This document shows positions 1 to 17,396 of a DNA stretch of 64,000 nt, one piece after another. How positions within the stretch are numbered: the first letter of the stretch is position 1; every line of letters begins with the position of its first letter. The stretch is taken from assembly GCF_009914755.1 (NCBI RefSeq), contig NC_060938.1; one strand, written 5' to 3'. Below the pieces are notes generated by a model. The model searched no databases, was not told the origin of the DNA, and worked only from the letters and a program-made list of their open reading frames with translations. The position numbers were made by a program, and so were the translations under genes. Source of the stretch: the human T2T-CHM13v2.0 reference genome, Homo sapiens.

Positions 1-126
1 CCATATACTAATGATCAAAAGCAAGTCACCCTGTCTATCCCACACTCAAGGAGAGGGAATTACACAAGAGTATGAATATAAGGAGGCGGGGATCGTTGGG
101 GACCACCTTAGACGCTGCCTACTGCA
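1..126 (-). mobile_element. MLT1-family (ERVL-MaLR) LTR, 5' end; runs off the window
   Basis: Reverse complement begins tgcagtaggcagcgtctaaggtggtccccaacgatcc...ttgtgtaattccctctccttgagtgtgg, resembling MLT1E/F 5' ends. Confidence 0.65.
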
Positions 127-584
127 AGTTCAGTCTCAAAGTCCACAGCTGGTAGCTTCAGCATGATCCTGCAGAACTCTGGAAGTAAGTTAGGCTTCAG
201 AGTTGTTCCAACCCAGGGAAAGGGGGCTAGGGCTTTATATTCCCATAACCAGTCATTGGTTAGTGGTCCCCTCAGTGGGGCACAAATTTCCAGGCAGGTG
301 CTCTTTATGCGTGCATGTAAGGTGGGTTCCAGTAGGTGGGCAGACCTCAAAAAAAAAAGAAGGGTTGTAGGTATGGGCTGTTGGAAGTGAAAGCATACTG
401 AATCTCTGGTTAAAGGGAATAGTAAAAAAAGGCCCTGGGCAGAGCATCAGTATTGTGCTTTCCAGTGAATGATGGAATGAAAAAGGCACTTTCCATAAGG
501 TTGTCAATAGCAGTAATAATAAAGCTCCTATTACTTCATGTGGCTATTCTAGTCAGAGGTCTTTGATTTCAAGAAAAGAAAACC

Positions 585-798
585 CCCATCCTGGCTAACA
601 CGGTGAAACCCCGTCTCTATGAAAATACAAAAAATCAGCCGGGCGTGGTGGCGGGCGCCTGTAGTCCCAGCTACTCGGGAGGCTGAGGCAGGAGAATGGC
701 GTGAACCCAGGGGGCGGAGCTTGCAGTGAGCCGAGATGCGCCACTGCACTCCAGCCTGGGCGACAGAGCAAGACTCCACCTCAAAAAAAAAAAAAAAA
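585..798 (+). mobile_element. AluY, 5'-truncated
   Basis: ccatcctggctaacacggtgaaacc...ggcgtgaacc, A-tail, TSD aagaaaagaaaacc. Confidence 0.95.
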
Positions 799-1349
799 GA
801 AAAGAAAACCTACTTGTTTGAACTATTGAAAGGCTACTGAGAAACTGCTCACAGGACCTAAGAGCGGTACTGTCATGGCTCAAAACTCCTAATCCTGGGA
901 ACTGGGAAAAGGAGAAGCACAGAAGACCCAGGAAGCCATTCTTTTTTTTAATTTATACGTAATAGTTATTCATATCCAGAAAGCCACTCTTACTTTTTCT
1001 ATTGCTCTCTGAGATCAAGAGACCTTCATTTGCTTTTCTTTCTAGATCCCTGCCTCACTTTTCTCTCTGAGAACAGATTTTCTCTACCCACTGATCCACA
1101 GATCATGCTTGCTTTTTTAGCCCCTGGATAACTTTTCAGATCAGCTCTCTACAAACAGTTGCTTCAGTTTCTCCAAATTCCTATGGCTACATAGAATACA
1201 ATGTTTTAAAATATTAACTGTAGTTATCTAGAAGTAGCAGAAGTATAAATAATTTTGCTTTTTGTCCTATTCTATATCTGTTTCCAAATTTTCTACAGTT
1301 AACACGCAATGCATTTATAATCAGTAAAGGAAAAATCTGGCTGGACTAA

Positions 1350-1746
<397 letters not shown>

Positions 1747-2589
1747 GGAAAGATATAGTATTGTTAGAATAGCGCAGCTAAGTTAAGCAGTGAGGGGCAG
1801 TCACTGTGAGCAATGGAAAGTTTTATTGTCTTATTTATTATTTGCTATGAGGATCTGAAGAACCTGAAAAGGCATACATGAAGCATTCTCCCAGGACGAA
1901 GATGGGACCTCGGGAGGAGGACTGATGGTACCATGGGGCAGGAGAGGAAGAAAGGAGACCGACCAGGATAGACACCATATGTACTGTTGGGTGACTCTGG
2001 GGAGAAGGTCGAGTTTGGCGCCCCCTTGTGGACTTGGTGTATAATCACAACTATGTAATCTCCATATTCATCTACAAGCTATTACAGGTATCAATAAGGA
2101 ATAGCCAATAAACAAAACCAAACCACAGTCTGAGCGATCATATAATAAGTAACAAGACAGAGGTTCAAAAAACAGTGCCAATGAAGAGATCTTTGATTTT
2201 CTCTTCGCCTGTGATCGTTTTCCTCCCTCTAGCCCAACCCTTATATAAGTATTTTAGAAACCAAGAAAAAAAATGCCAGCAACTCCTATAGATCTCTAAT
2301 ATAATACCGATATACAGACACATAATAATGGGATACTTTTCAAAACACTGCTAATCCTGTTAGCTCATATCGAGTCCCAGCCTGCACGATTGGGACACAA
2401 GACTATTGTCCTACCCTGTGTCATGCCAGGCTTCAAATAAGCATCATGATAAAGGAGAGAACCTTCCTCCGTCTTCTAGTAGAATGGCAAATAAACCAAC
2501 CTGTACATGTCAAGTTCTTGTCTACTTTGTTTTTAACATTAATAAAGAAAAATTTGATAATTTTCCTGGTTGTGACATTACACTGCCTT

Positions 2590-3230
<641 letters not shown>

Positions 3231-3395
3231 TCTCCCTATTATAAATGAAAGAAACACCAAAATGTAAAGGTATTTCTTTGATGTGCTGGAATATATGGCT
3301 ATACTGATGCATGCGATATAAATTCTTTTTCTTTTTTTTTTTTTTTTAAAGTGCAGGACAGAGGGGTCCGTTTTTGAAAGTTATCGATACCTAGT

Positions 3396-3418
3396 AAAAT
3401 GGCGCCATCTAGTGCCCT
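3396..3418 (-). promoter_or_regulatory. Candidate CTCF site overlapping YY1 core motifs
   Basis: Minus strand agggcactagatggcgcca fits the CTCF core CCASYAGRKGGCRS apart from its first base; aaaatggcg (+) and agatggcg (-) fit the YY1 core; lies in unique DNA. Confidence 0.6.
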
Positions 3419-3684
3419 GAACTAGTAACAACATTTACAAGAGAAGGGTTGGAAGAAAACTGTAAATCAACAGTGCAAGATGACAACTCCCAAAACTAGC
3501 AGGGCCAAGGCAATTTAATAACAATAGGTCGTTTGACTCTGGGGACTATAACTCTTAGTCTATTGACTGAGCCATTGGAGCAGCTTAACAAATAACATAG
3601 CTTGTTTTCCAGAGAGAATGTGGCACTGTTCCGAAAGCAGAAGTTCCCACTGGAGGCTTGGGAGGACAAGGAGCAAAGTAAGCA

Positions 3685-4532
<848 letters not shown>

Positions 4533-4781
4533 TAAATAAATATTGACCAACTGACTGAATTAAAAGCATAGTAAAAGTTCCTTGTTCACAGCTGTATCTC
4601 TTTTGCCATGACAAAGCTCCTGGCATTGACACAGATTAATCCAAAGAGGGAAGCCTGCATTCTTGGGAAAGAACACAGCTACTCAACTTGAACAAGAAAA
4701 AGATACCAGGGATTAAGTCCCTTTCAGACACAGGCTGACTACTGTCACTTAGCTAATGGAGTCACTCCCCAAGTTAACTAA

Positions 4782-5189
<408 letters not shown>

Positions 5190-6312
5190 TAGAGGACTTG
5201 TAGGAGGTTACATTTTCATTCACGTAATTATTTTTAATTCAGCCATTAAGTTTATTAGGTAAATGAATCAATGAGGCAATTAGGAAAAAAAAACAGCAAT
5301 GATTTTACCAAAAAAAAAAAAAAAAAAGTAATGATGAGCTCCTGCTATAAAAGGATGAAAATACATGGAAAATAGAATTGAAAAAGAACAGAAAAATACA
5401 GTGGGTTTATTAAATCTTATGGGTAATTTTTGTTGTGGATTTGGTTTTTTTCCTAAAGGAACATCATTTGAACTATGAGTGCATCCAGGAAAAAATGTGT
5501 TGAGAATTTTATTCCAACTGGGAAGATAAGCCAAAATAAGAAAAGGGAATTTTATATTTCTTTTCACACACACACACACACGGTTTTGACGCTTTGTAGG
5601 AAACTGTAGGATATTCTCAAAGAAAGGAAAACCTTAGCCTGTTACATACTCCAACTTAAAGAAATAAACTAGTATTCTTCAAGGCAGTTAATTGAGTATC
5701 TTAAGGCTTCCCAAGGAGTCAATAACATCTTCAAATAGAATCCAGGACACTTAGCTTCTAGGTTTGTCCTAGAATCTCTATACAGCAAAACTCATTATAG
5801 CTACGTGGGCCTTATTCAGTGTGGCCCCCATCAGCAAAACAGAAGGCTGAGAGGTTCCAACACAGTTACCATTTGTGTTTATCCATCCATTGTCTCTTGA
5901 GGGGTCTCCATAGAAACCACAAATTTGCAAAACTTCTGCCTGTGCTGAGGGGTACACTCCATGCCATGAAATACTGCTTTGCCAACCAGCCCTAATTAGG
6001 GTGCAGATGACTGATGGCGAAGGACAAAGCGAATACCGTATGCAAAGACATGGGGATGTGAGACCGTGTTTGTTCAGGTAAAAATAAATCATTCAAGAGT
6101 TGGCACAAAAGGTATGCTCATAGGGAGAGATGATATTGAAAAGGTAGGCAAAGCAGAGATTATGAAAAGTCTTCTATGAATGCTACTACAGGTATATGTA
6201 CTATACAAAGTGCTTTACATATATCATCTCATTTCATCCCCACAATATAAGGTTGGCATTACTCTCATTCTCAGTGGTGGACCTGAGACTTTTCTGATTC
6301 CAGAGATCATGC

Positions 6313-6610
6313 TTTTTTTTTTTTTGAGATGGAGTCTCGCTCTGTTGCCCAGGCTGGAGTTCAGTGGCATGATCTCGGCTCACTGCAACCTCGGCTGTCC
6401 AGGGTTCAAGCGATTCTCATGCCTCAGCCTCCTGAGTAGCTGGGATTACAGGTGCGTGCCACCATGCCCAGCTAATTTTCTTGTATTTTTAGTAGAAATG
6501 GGGTTTCAACATGTTGGCCAGGCTGGTCTCGAACTCCTGACCTCAGGTAATCCACCCAACTCAGCCTCCCAAAGTTCAGGGATTACAGGCGTGAGCCACT
6601 GCACCCGGCC
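6313..6610 (-). mobile_element. AluS
   Basis: Full dimer. Confidence 0.95.
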
Positions 6611-6614
6611 CACT

Positions 6615-6809
<195 letters not shown>

Positions 6810-7014
6810 TGAACCAGTACTCTATACCCAATTTCAGAAAAGGAAGCACTATGGATTCACTAAGGACAAGCTATGCTTAATCTTATTAACTCTTAAAATG
6901 GAACTTCACAGTATACTTCAGATTAGTGTTTCTCAAACTTAAGTAATGTATGCACCTCTTCAAAAGGAAAAAATTCTCATAAACCCCGTGTTGCCTTAAA
7001 TTCTCATGAAATAT

Positions 7015-7620
7015 TGTGGCAGAGACCACTAACAGTTCCTTAGCATTAATTCTCCCTACCTTCCTTTTCGTTAATAGAATTCCTCAAGTTTTACCTAGAG
7101 CTTACATGTTGCAGCCTCCCTTGCAACTGAGTACAGTCATATGACAAGTTTTGGCAGTGAGAAGTGAAGAGAACATAAACAACTTCTGGTCATGTTCTCA
7201 TTAAGACGCTGCCAGTCCTCGACTTCCTCTGGACCCCTTCCCATAGCTGGAAATCCAGTGAAGTGGGGATGAAACTGCTTCAACCATGTGAATGAAGGCA
7301 GTACTCAGGACCTTACTATTCAAAATGTGGCCTGCGAACCAGCAGAAGGAGCAGCAGCTGGGACTTTGTGGAAATAGGGGTTCTCAGGCCTCACCCTAGA
7401 CCTACTGATGCCAAACTCTGCATTTAAATAAGATCTCCAAGTAATTCATATTCACACTAAAATTTGAGAAGCACTGATCCAGGAGAAGGTAGAACAACAA
7501 GCTAGAAGGAGCTTGGGTATCTAGACGACCCACCCTACTAGACCACCTACCAGCTCAGACTTTTATAAGATAAGTAGACCTTCTATATTTGTTTAAGCAC
7601 CTTTATTTTTACGTCTGTTT
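7015..7620 (+). mobile_element. MLT1 (H/I/J-type) LTR
   Basis: gcagcctcccttgcaactgagtacagtcatatgacaagttttggcagtgaga...gaaggagcttgggt...gtttaagcac. Confidence 0.6.
7310..7476. mobile_element. MER5A (hAT-Charlie MITE)
   Basis: caaaatgtggcctgcgaaccagcag...ctcaggcctcaccctagacctactga...tttgagaagcactg. Confidence 0.8.
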
Positions 7621-8267
7621 GATCCAAAATGCCAACTATATTAATATGTACAAACAAAACATGATATAAATTCCCACCTTTACAGCTTTTTCAATATAGT
7701 GTATTTGTTTTGTACCTTGCCTTTCTTCAATACCACAACCATTATTAAATCACATATATTATAGTGGTTTTATTGAGTAGTTAAGCTGATTATGTGCCAG
7801 TCCACAGCCATAAAATTAAAACAAATTTACAAATGAAATAAAAAAGAAAACTATAAAACCAATAAAAATCCAAATGAACAATTGTTTTAATATAACGAGG
7901 TAGATGATGTTTTTCTGCTGGAACGAAATCACTCTTCTCTTCACAACACAGCTACGGAACTGATGTTTCCACACAAATGTTTTTGAGTTTGGCATATTTA
8001 TACTACCACGTGTTTTGTGATGGCTCAATTCTCTTACCAATTGACTCTATTTGAAGTACTGTCAAATCACCATTAGCATCAAATGTCATGATAGCTTTTG
8101 ACTTCGCTTGGTCTAAATGCATCACTTACATCCTAAGTTACTTCTGTTCTTTTCTCATGCACACAGGATAATCCAAGAAGCACAACTTAACACCAGCTGT
8201 GTTATAAATACAACTGCAAACACAATTTATAACATAAGATGGTCACCCAGAAACCTAGAAAAATAAA

Positions 8268-9200
<933 letters not shown>

Positions 9201-10097
9201 TATTTATACTCTAAAAGTACTTATACTTCTTATGAGTATTTATACTCTCAAAGTATCTCAAATTTTTTTTAATCTTAACCTAATAACAAAGTGGACCAAA
9301 TGGAACATCTTTTGAGACTTTGAACCTCATCATGATTCAGGCAAGGCACAACCAGTGTCAAAATACTCAGAGAAAGAGGCATTTACAAAAGGAAAGAAAA
9401 GTTCACCTTCAAAGAGAGCAAGAGAATCAGACTTCTGAAGGACTGGTCGGTTAAATAAAAAATATAACAAGGACTTAAAGGGAAAATGTGCAGTATTACC
9501 AAAGTTACAAAATATCCATTCACGTGTTTCTGGTGAGAAAGCAGCAACTTACTCACTTGACTGCTGTATTCACAAAGCTCTCGCCATAGCTCTAAACATC
9601 CACATAGCAAATATGGGGTCCGGGGGCTTGTTTTGGAAGGTGCCCAAGTTTACAATAAACATTCACGTTTTATTATTTGGGGACCAGGCCTGTCAGGGTG
9701 ACTCTGATACTTCTGATTTATCTCAGGGTGCAAAGTTTTTATGTTTTTATTTTTTACTGTTAAAGGTGAAGTGTTTAGACATACTGGAAACAGAGCAGAT
9801 TTGGCTTTTATGCAGAACATGTGTGATCTGCCAAAAGCACCTTCACTTTAACCCCTGTCATGACTGGGTCTGAGACTGATTTTCCCCACCACCCACTGTG
9901 ACCCCACTGGGTCAAGGCTTGTGTCTGCATGTCTGCTGTTTCTCATAGAGTATCACAGTGGAGAAATCATGAAGAATGCAGTCAACAAATTAAGAGGACT
10001 TGGAGACCATTCAAGAGTCTGGAACAAACTAATGAATGAATTATAAGAACTTAGGAAATAACAAAACAGTCAACATTCATTGGCTTATGAGATAGAC

Positions 10098-10309
10098 ACT
10101 ATACAGAGTGCTTTCTATATATCATCTCATTTCATCCTCACCACAGAAGGCAGGCATTAGTCTCGTTCTCAGTGATGGGCCTGAGACTCCCCTGACTCCA
10201 GAGCTCATATTCGTAACCAGTACACTATGCCCACTTTTAGAAAAGGAAGCACTAAGGTTCACTAAGGACAAGCCATGCCTAATCTTATCACCTCTATAAA
10301 TGGGACTTC
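10098..10309 (+). repeat. Copy B of the old local direct duplication (partner 6200-6907)
   Basis: Uninterrupted homolog of copy A, including the shared non-TE flank. Confidence 0.85.
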
Positions 10310-11033
10310 CAAACTAACAGATCTGAGAAATAGGACAGACCTGATTTCAGCAAGGGATTGACAAGATTTTTGTTATTAAGGAGAATGACAAGTTTGAAAT
10401 GAGATCTTAAAGCCAGGACACAAGGAACAGAAACAATCACATGTGGGGATGCTTTCATGAGAATTAAAGCTGCAGATGAAGAGGCTGGAGTGCATGGATT
10501 TTTCCATAGTCTCTAGGTATGTTGTGTGTTTTTCTCAATACGTGAATCTAACCAGTGAAATTCTTCTCACGCCGAGCCCCCAGTTTGTTCCACCTGGAAA
10601 TTATTAATACCTTGTCTTCCTGCCTTTGACCTGGAACGGCAGTGTGAGAATATTCTCCCAGGGGGCAGCAGAGAGCAGCAGGACGCTCCAGCATTGGAAG
10701 CCATACCCTGGAACCAGCTCAGACCTGTCCTCAGGGGCACCCAAGCTGGGCCCAAAATCTCAGAGTGTGCAAACACAAGCCTTCATAAACTGCCCCTACT
10801 AAACCTCACCTGCCCCAACCAGCACTACAGATACAAATCACACTGCCAAGGCAAATGGCAGAAGGAAGGGTGAGGCAGGGATAAGAAACTATATACACAC
10901 CGATGGGGAGGGGGAAGCCTCACCTGCTTTAACCCAACTTGTTTTTCAGGTCCAGAAAAGCTGCACCCTTTGCAGCTTTGCTTCATGTCCATGTATTAAA
11001 TGCATATTCACGCAGAAAAATGTATCATGAGAG

Positions 11034-11412
11034 TGTTAAATAAGAAAGGCCCCTGACCTGAGGCTGTCTCTGTACTCTCAGTTCCTAGGTAATGAACCGC
11101 AACCTAACTTAGCACATAAACTGAAAACCTAACTTGGGAGAATAACAAACAGCTGAGTCTCAGCCCCTCTGCAGCCCAGCTTCAGCCAATCACAGGCTGC
11201 CAACTGATCAGACCCGAGGCCAAATAAGGCAACAGCTGAGCTGCAACCAACCAGGCTATTTCTGTACTTTAACTTGTTTTCTATATCACTGCTTCTTTGC
11301 AGAGTTCTCTGAATCTTTTGTAATTCTGAGTGCTGCCCGATTCATGAATCATTCCTTGCTCAAATAAACTGCTAAATTTAAATTGTCTAGAGGTTGTTTT
11401 GTTTTTTTAACA
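11034..11412 (+). mobile_element. ERV1 solo LTR (MER57/MER93-like)
   Basis: TG...CA termini, 4-bp TSD agag, ccaatcac motif, aataaa near the 3' end. Confidence 0.8.
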
Positions 11413-11438
11413 AGAGGCTTGTTTAAAAAGGCTCCTAC

Positions 11439-12118
11439 TGAGGCAGGAGAATAGGATCTGGAGGCAGGAAACCTTCACGCAGACTTCCTAGAACTAAATT
11501 GAAAGGAAAACCCTAACTTTCCACACCTAAGCAACAAAACGACCAGAGGCTACTCTCTTTGACCTTTTCTGAACGACAAATGGGAAATTGGGTGTCAACA
11601 ACAAATCAGACTGATTGCAGGTGGAGTCTTCTTTTGCAACTTGGTAACTTCACTCCAGCCTCTGAATAGTTGCGGTCCACAACCAGTCAGACCGATTGCA
11701 GGCCAAGTCTTCGTTTGCACATAGAAGTATAACTTTGTAACTTCACCCTAGCCTCCGATTGGTTGCAAAATGCCTCTGATAGGTTTGCACAGGAGTGACC
11801 TTTGTAACTTCAGCCTCTGGTTGGCTGCTTTCTGCAACGAGACTGATTGTAGGCTACCAATTCATTTACATGAGGTGAGCATGAAGTGGCCAATGGGAAA
11901 CTTCTAGTGGGTATTTGGACCCAAGAAGATTCTGTATCCGGGCTCTTGAGCCGCAGCTCGGGTTCGCTCCCACCCTACGGAGTGTACTTTCGTTTTCAAT
12001 AAATCCCTGCTTTCATTCTTTTGTTGCTTCTTTGCTTTGGTGGGCGTTTTGTCCAATTCTTTGTTCAAAATGCCAAGAACTTGGACACCTTGCAGTCACA
12101 ACCCCACTACCAGTGACA
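11439..12118 (+). mobile_element. MER51A-type ERV1 solo LTR
   Basis: Starts tgaggcaggagaatagg, ends gtgaca, TSD ctac, several CCAAT/ATTGG, aataaa. Confidence 0.88.
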
Positions 12119-12147
12119 CTACTGCCTCTCAGACAAGAACACCCAGA

Positions 12148-12496
<349 letters not shown>

Positions 12497-12867
12497 CTAT
12501 CCCCTCAAACTTTTACTTTAAGGGCCACTCAGGTTTTTACAAGAACAGATTTGTGGGTACCACCCACACCCCAAAGCATCACACCTTGAGAATCCTGAGA
12601 CCCATTTACTGTTGACACCTGAGTAGTGGAGGTGTGTGAGTTGAAGGGATCCAAACTTTCCAGGTAATTATTACATTGGCGAACCATACAAGGCCCAGAA
12701 CACAGGCTCTAACCTATGAGGGACACAGGTTTGAATTCAATAGATGATCCCACTTTTGCAAGAAAACTTCCTGTGACTAGGAAATAAGATGTCCCTTTAA
12801 ACTCTACCCTAGAGGGCCAGACTTCAGTTTCCATAAACCACAAACAGTTCATCTTTGAAACAGGTAC

Positions 12868-13259
<392 letters not shown>

Positions 13260-13542
13260 CTACCATCCTTTCACATTCCTTCCCCCACCAAAAAAAATTC
13301 CCTTCTTCCAGCCCCAAACAAGCCTCTTAACTAAAAGGAAGTCCTCTGGGGAAAGCTGATGACCCCATGTCTAACACTGCCTCTGGCAAGTCAGAGGCCT
13401 CAGAAACTAAAATTAAACTCCCAAGAGCAATTAACCCAGTTCAGAAGACACATGAGAATTTGGCTGTTTTTAATTTTTTGAGATAATGCAGTCCCTGTAT
13501 AGAAAAAAAATCCATGAAATCCACAATCTTCAACATTTGCAA

Positions 13543-14470
13543 TTTTTTTTTTCTTTTTGAGACAGGGTCTTGCTCTGTCACCCAGGCTAGAGTGCAGTGG
13601 CACAATCATGGCTCACTGCCGCCTTGTTCTCGGACCAAACTGAGGGTCGGGCTGCTATTTCTTATGGCCTAATAACAAGATGCAGATGAACTGAGGAAGA
13701 AGATTTTTATTTCTGCAACCGGTTACAAGGAGAAGGCCTGGAAATTATCACCAGACTAACTCAAAATTACAAAGTTTTCCAGAGCTTATATACCTTTTAA
13801 GCTATAAGTCTACATGTAAGTGTGCATTCATCAAAAGACATAAGTGATTAACTTCTTTTAATCTAAAATTAAGGTGTGAGTCCTGAAGACCTTCCTCTGG
13901 AGCCTCAGTAAATTTACTCAATCTAAATGGGTCCAGTTGCTGGAGTGATTAACCTTATTTTGTCTCCTGCTAAATCATGAAGGTTTGAGGAGTTTGTGAA
14001 GGCCTGGGGAGTTTCTTCAGACCCCCAATAAAACTTGTTTAATCCTAAACAGGTCCTGTTAAGAATTCCTTCATTATTTTGCTTTAAGGCCCAGGAAAGA
14101 CCTAGGCAAAGCTCTTGGTGGGCTTTTGTTACATCCCAGCCTTTGTGTAAGGACACTGGCTCTTTCAGCTTTTAATATTTAAGTTAACTACACAGTCAGT
14201 GCTGAAACAGTTGTTATGGAGGCCTGCGTTAGTGAGACCTGGCCTGCCACAGCCTTGACTTCCTGGACTCAGGTGATCCTCCCACCTCAGCCTCTGGAAT
14301 AGCTGGGACTACAGGTGCATGCCACCATGCCTGACTAATCTGGGGGGTTTTTTGTAGAGATGGAGTTTCACCATGTTGGCCAGGCTGATCTTGAACTCCT
14401 GGGGTCAAGCGATCTGCCTGCCTCAGCCTCCCAAAGTGCTGGGATTACAGTTGTGAGCCACCGCACCAGG
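13543..14470 (-). mobile_element. AluJ split by an LTR
   Basis: Alu sequence stops at gctcactgccgcct (13624) and resumes gccttgacttcc (14252). Confidence 0.9.
13625..14251 (-). mobile_element. ERV1 solo LTR (LTR15-like)
   Basis: Minus strand starts tgtggcaggccaggtctcactaacgcagg and ends ggtccgagaaca; TSD gcct. Confidence 0.8.
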
Positions 14471-14664
14471 CCCCAAATCTTTCATATTAATCAATACTCT
14501 CCATCAATCCAAATCCTGGCTGGAAGGAAAATAAGGATGAAGACCAAACTAAAGAAACCTTTCTGCCTTAATCTTTCCAAGATTTTGTTTTAGTTCAGAA
14601 GTTCTGTTCTTGAATCCTTCCAGTTCAATTTCTTGTAGAAGACTAGGCTAGTAAGAAGCCCTTC

Positions 14665-15117
14665 TGTTACCAGTTAAGGGTGTCCAGGTTCTTGGTGTTT
14701 TGAACTAAGATTTAGACGAAATGCACAAACAAAGCAAGGAAAGAATGAAGCAACAAAAGCAGAGATTTGTTGAAAATGAAAGTACACTCCACAGGGTGGG
14801 AGCAGGTATGAGCATAGGGGCTCAAGGGCCCTGTTACAGAATTTTCTGGGTTTTAAATACCCTCTAGAGGTTTCCATTGGTTACTTGGTGTTAAGCCTTA
14901 TGTAAATGAAGAGACTAAAGTGAAGTTACAAAGTTATTTTCTTGGTATACACTCTATGTAAATGAAGAGGATGAAATAAAGTTACAAAGTCATTTACTTG
15001 GTGTACGCCCTATGTAAATGAAGATGATATTTCCTGTGGTAGCTGAAGTGTTTCCACTTGATTTAGTTCTAGGAAGTCCTGAGGTTCCCTGCCTCCAGAC
15101 CCTATTCTCCTGCCTCA
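14665..15117 (-). mobile_element. MER51B-type ERV1 solo LTR
   Basis: Minus strand starts tgaggcaggagaatagggtctgg; TSD cttc. Confidence 0.85.
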
Positions 15118-15281
15118 CTTCTAGGCCAACCTGACCAAGAGCCCAGAAGGATTCTTCTGGTGGTTTTTCCCAACAACCTTTCCTATCATGAACACCAATG
15201 GGAAGTTGTCCCAGATTACTCCAAATCCGGTATTTAAAATAAAAGTGGCCCTAGTAATCTGGGCTCCCATCAATAGACACT

Positions 15282-15451
15282 ATGTTACCATCATATAATC
15301 AAAGTGGAATTGTTTCTAAGCTACTTTAAGGCGTTTCAGTCATTTACTCATTGGCTCAATAAGTATGTATATGCCAGGCTCTGAAGAGACACCAGAGAGT
15401 GGGCAGACCTCTGCCCCCAACTTCACAGCCAGTGGAGGAATCTAGACAAAT
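15282..15451 (+). repeat. Copy A of a local direct duplication (partner 16619-16803)
   Basis: Colinear match with 37-bp identical core caggctctgaagagacaccagagagtgggcagacctc. Confidence 0.9.
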
Positions 15452-15693
15452 ACATGGGAAATCATTGATGGGACCTCAGAGCTGCCTTCACTGTGTGAGG
15501 GCCTCTGGGGCTGTATGCAGGATTTATGACTCCTCCCAGCTCCAAGGTCCACAGATAGCATCTGGGGTCAGTCTTTAAAATTTCTTCGCAGCCTAAGGGC
15601 ATGTAAGAGCCATTGTGGGCAGGCTTGAGACTCTTCAAACCATTTAAGGCCCATAAAGTCTCCTCACTGAAACTTTTTTCTGATACTTTTCTA

Positions 15694-16080
<387 letters not shown>

Positions 16081-16618
16081 TTATAACTTGCATAACTTAA
16101 TAGTTATGCCCCATTCCTTCAGGCAGAGCCTGAGCTGTGTGGTCCTCCAGCAGCAGGGCGGTGAGACAGGGAGATCATCCTCAGGATCCAGCTGAGTCCT
16201 CAGGGAACATGCCCTTACCTTTCTCTAGTGGACTAGCATAGGAAGCCCCTAAGTGTTCCCCGGAAGGATCTGGCCTGCTACACCGCATCTCACCTGATTA
16301 ATTAAGTCTGCCTAATTGACAGGATTAATAAATCAGAGAATATAGAATCACAAACCTTTAGTCCCAAAAGTAATTGAGTGCATTTTTCCCAGCCCCTCAG
16401 GAGATTTGGAATCTCTCTCCCATGCTTCAGAAATCCTAGAAAGTGGCAGAATTAGGAAATAAATGCAAGCGTCCCAATCACCAACCCAGCCTCCCACATC
16501 ACCTGTTTACTACAGATACAACTTTGGGAAAAATCATTTCTCCAGGTCTAAGATTTCTGGACTTTTTCTTATCCTGCTTTCTGGCAGAGTAATTGTGATA
16601 AAGAAAACATGATCTATC

Positions 16619-16803
16619 ATGTTATCATATAACAAAAGTAGAATTGCTTCTAAGCTACTTTTGGGTTTTTCGGTCATTCATTCATTTATTCGTTGTTTTA
16701 ACAAATATGTATGCCAGGCTCTCTTTCAGGCTCTGAAGAGACACCAGAGAGTGGGCAGACCTCCACCCCCAACTTCATGTCTAATGGAGGAATCTAGACA
16801 AAT
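16619..16803 (+). repeat. Copy B of the local direct duplication (partner 15282-15451)
   Basis: Same unique flank plus L2 3' terminus as copy A. Confidence 0.9.
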
Positions 16804-17113
16804 GGACAATGATAAATCAAAAAAAAAAAAAGTACTAATGAGGGAAGCCCAGAAAGCTCATGGAACACACAGTAAGGGGTCCTTCCTCAGGCCAGTGGGT
16901 CAGGGACCCAAAGGCTTAAGGATGAAGAGGGGTCAGCTGAGGAAAAAATATTCCAGAAATGGAGAACAGCATGTGGCAGAGAACCAGAGAAGAGGGTATG
17001 GTTAGATGAGTATCGGATATGGTTCCAAGGAGGTGGGACGAGCACTGTAGGAGAGTCCAGAGAGACAAACAAGGGTCAGATTGTGCTGTGGCAGAAGATA
17101 AGACTTAATCCTA

Positions 17114-17183
17114 AAAGCCCTTTGACAGCTTCAGGATTAGGGATTAATCCTTGATCCTTAATCCTGAAGCTGTCAAGGGCTTT
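17114..17183. repeat. Short inverted repeat/hairpin (~30-bp arms)
   Basis: aaagccctttgacagcttcaggattagggat ... atccttaatcctgaagctgtcaagggcttt. Confidence 0.92.
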
Positions 17184-17277
17184 AAACATACACTCATTGT
17201 TCATTATAGACATCTAACAGACAAAAAACAAATAATTTCAGAGAGTGATGAGCCCCATCAAGAAAGCAAGCAAGGCA

Positions 17278-17396
17278 GCCTGTAGTTCCAGCTACTCCAG
17301 AGGCTGAGGTGGGAGGATTGGTTGAGCCCAGAAGCTCAAGTCCAGCCTGGGCAACAAAGTGAGACTCATACATTTTTATTTTATTTTTATTTTTTT
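17278..17396 (+). mobile_element. Alu monomer fragment (FRAM/FLAM-like)
   Basis: gcctgtagttccagctactcc...ccagcctgggcaacaaagtgagactc; flanked by aagaaagcaag. Confidence 0.8.

Larger units (their letters stand above)
6924..8240. mobile_element. Decayed hAT/Charlie-like DNA transposon, interrupted by MLT1 and MER5A
   Basis: Starts tagtgtttctcaaact (hAT-like terminus); 7800-8230 resembles decayed Charlie transposase 3' sequence on the minus strand. Confidence 0.45.
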
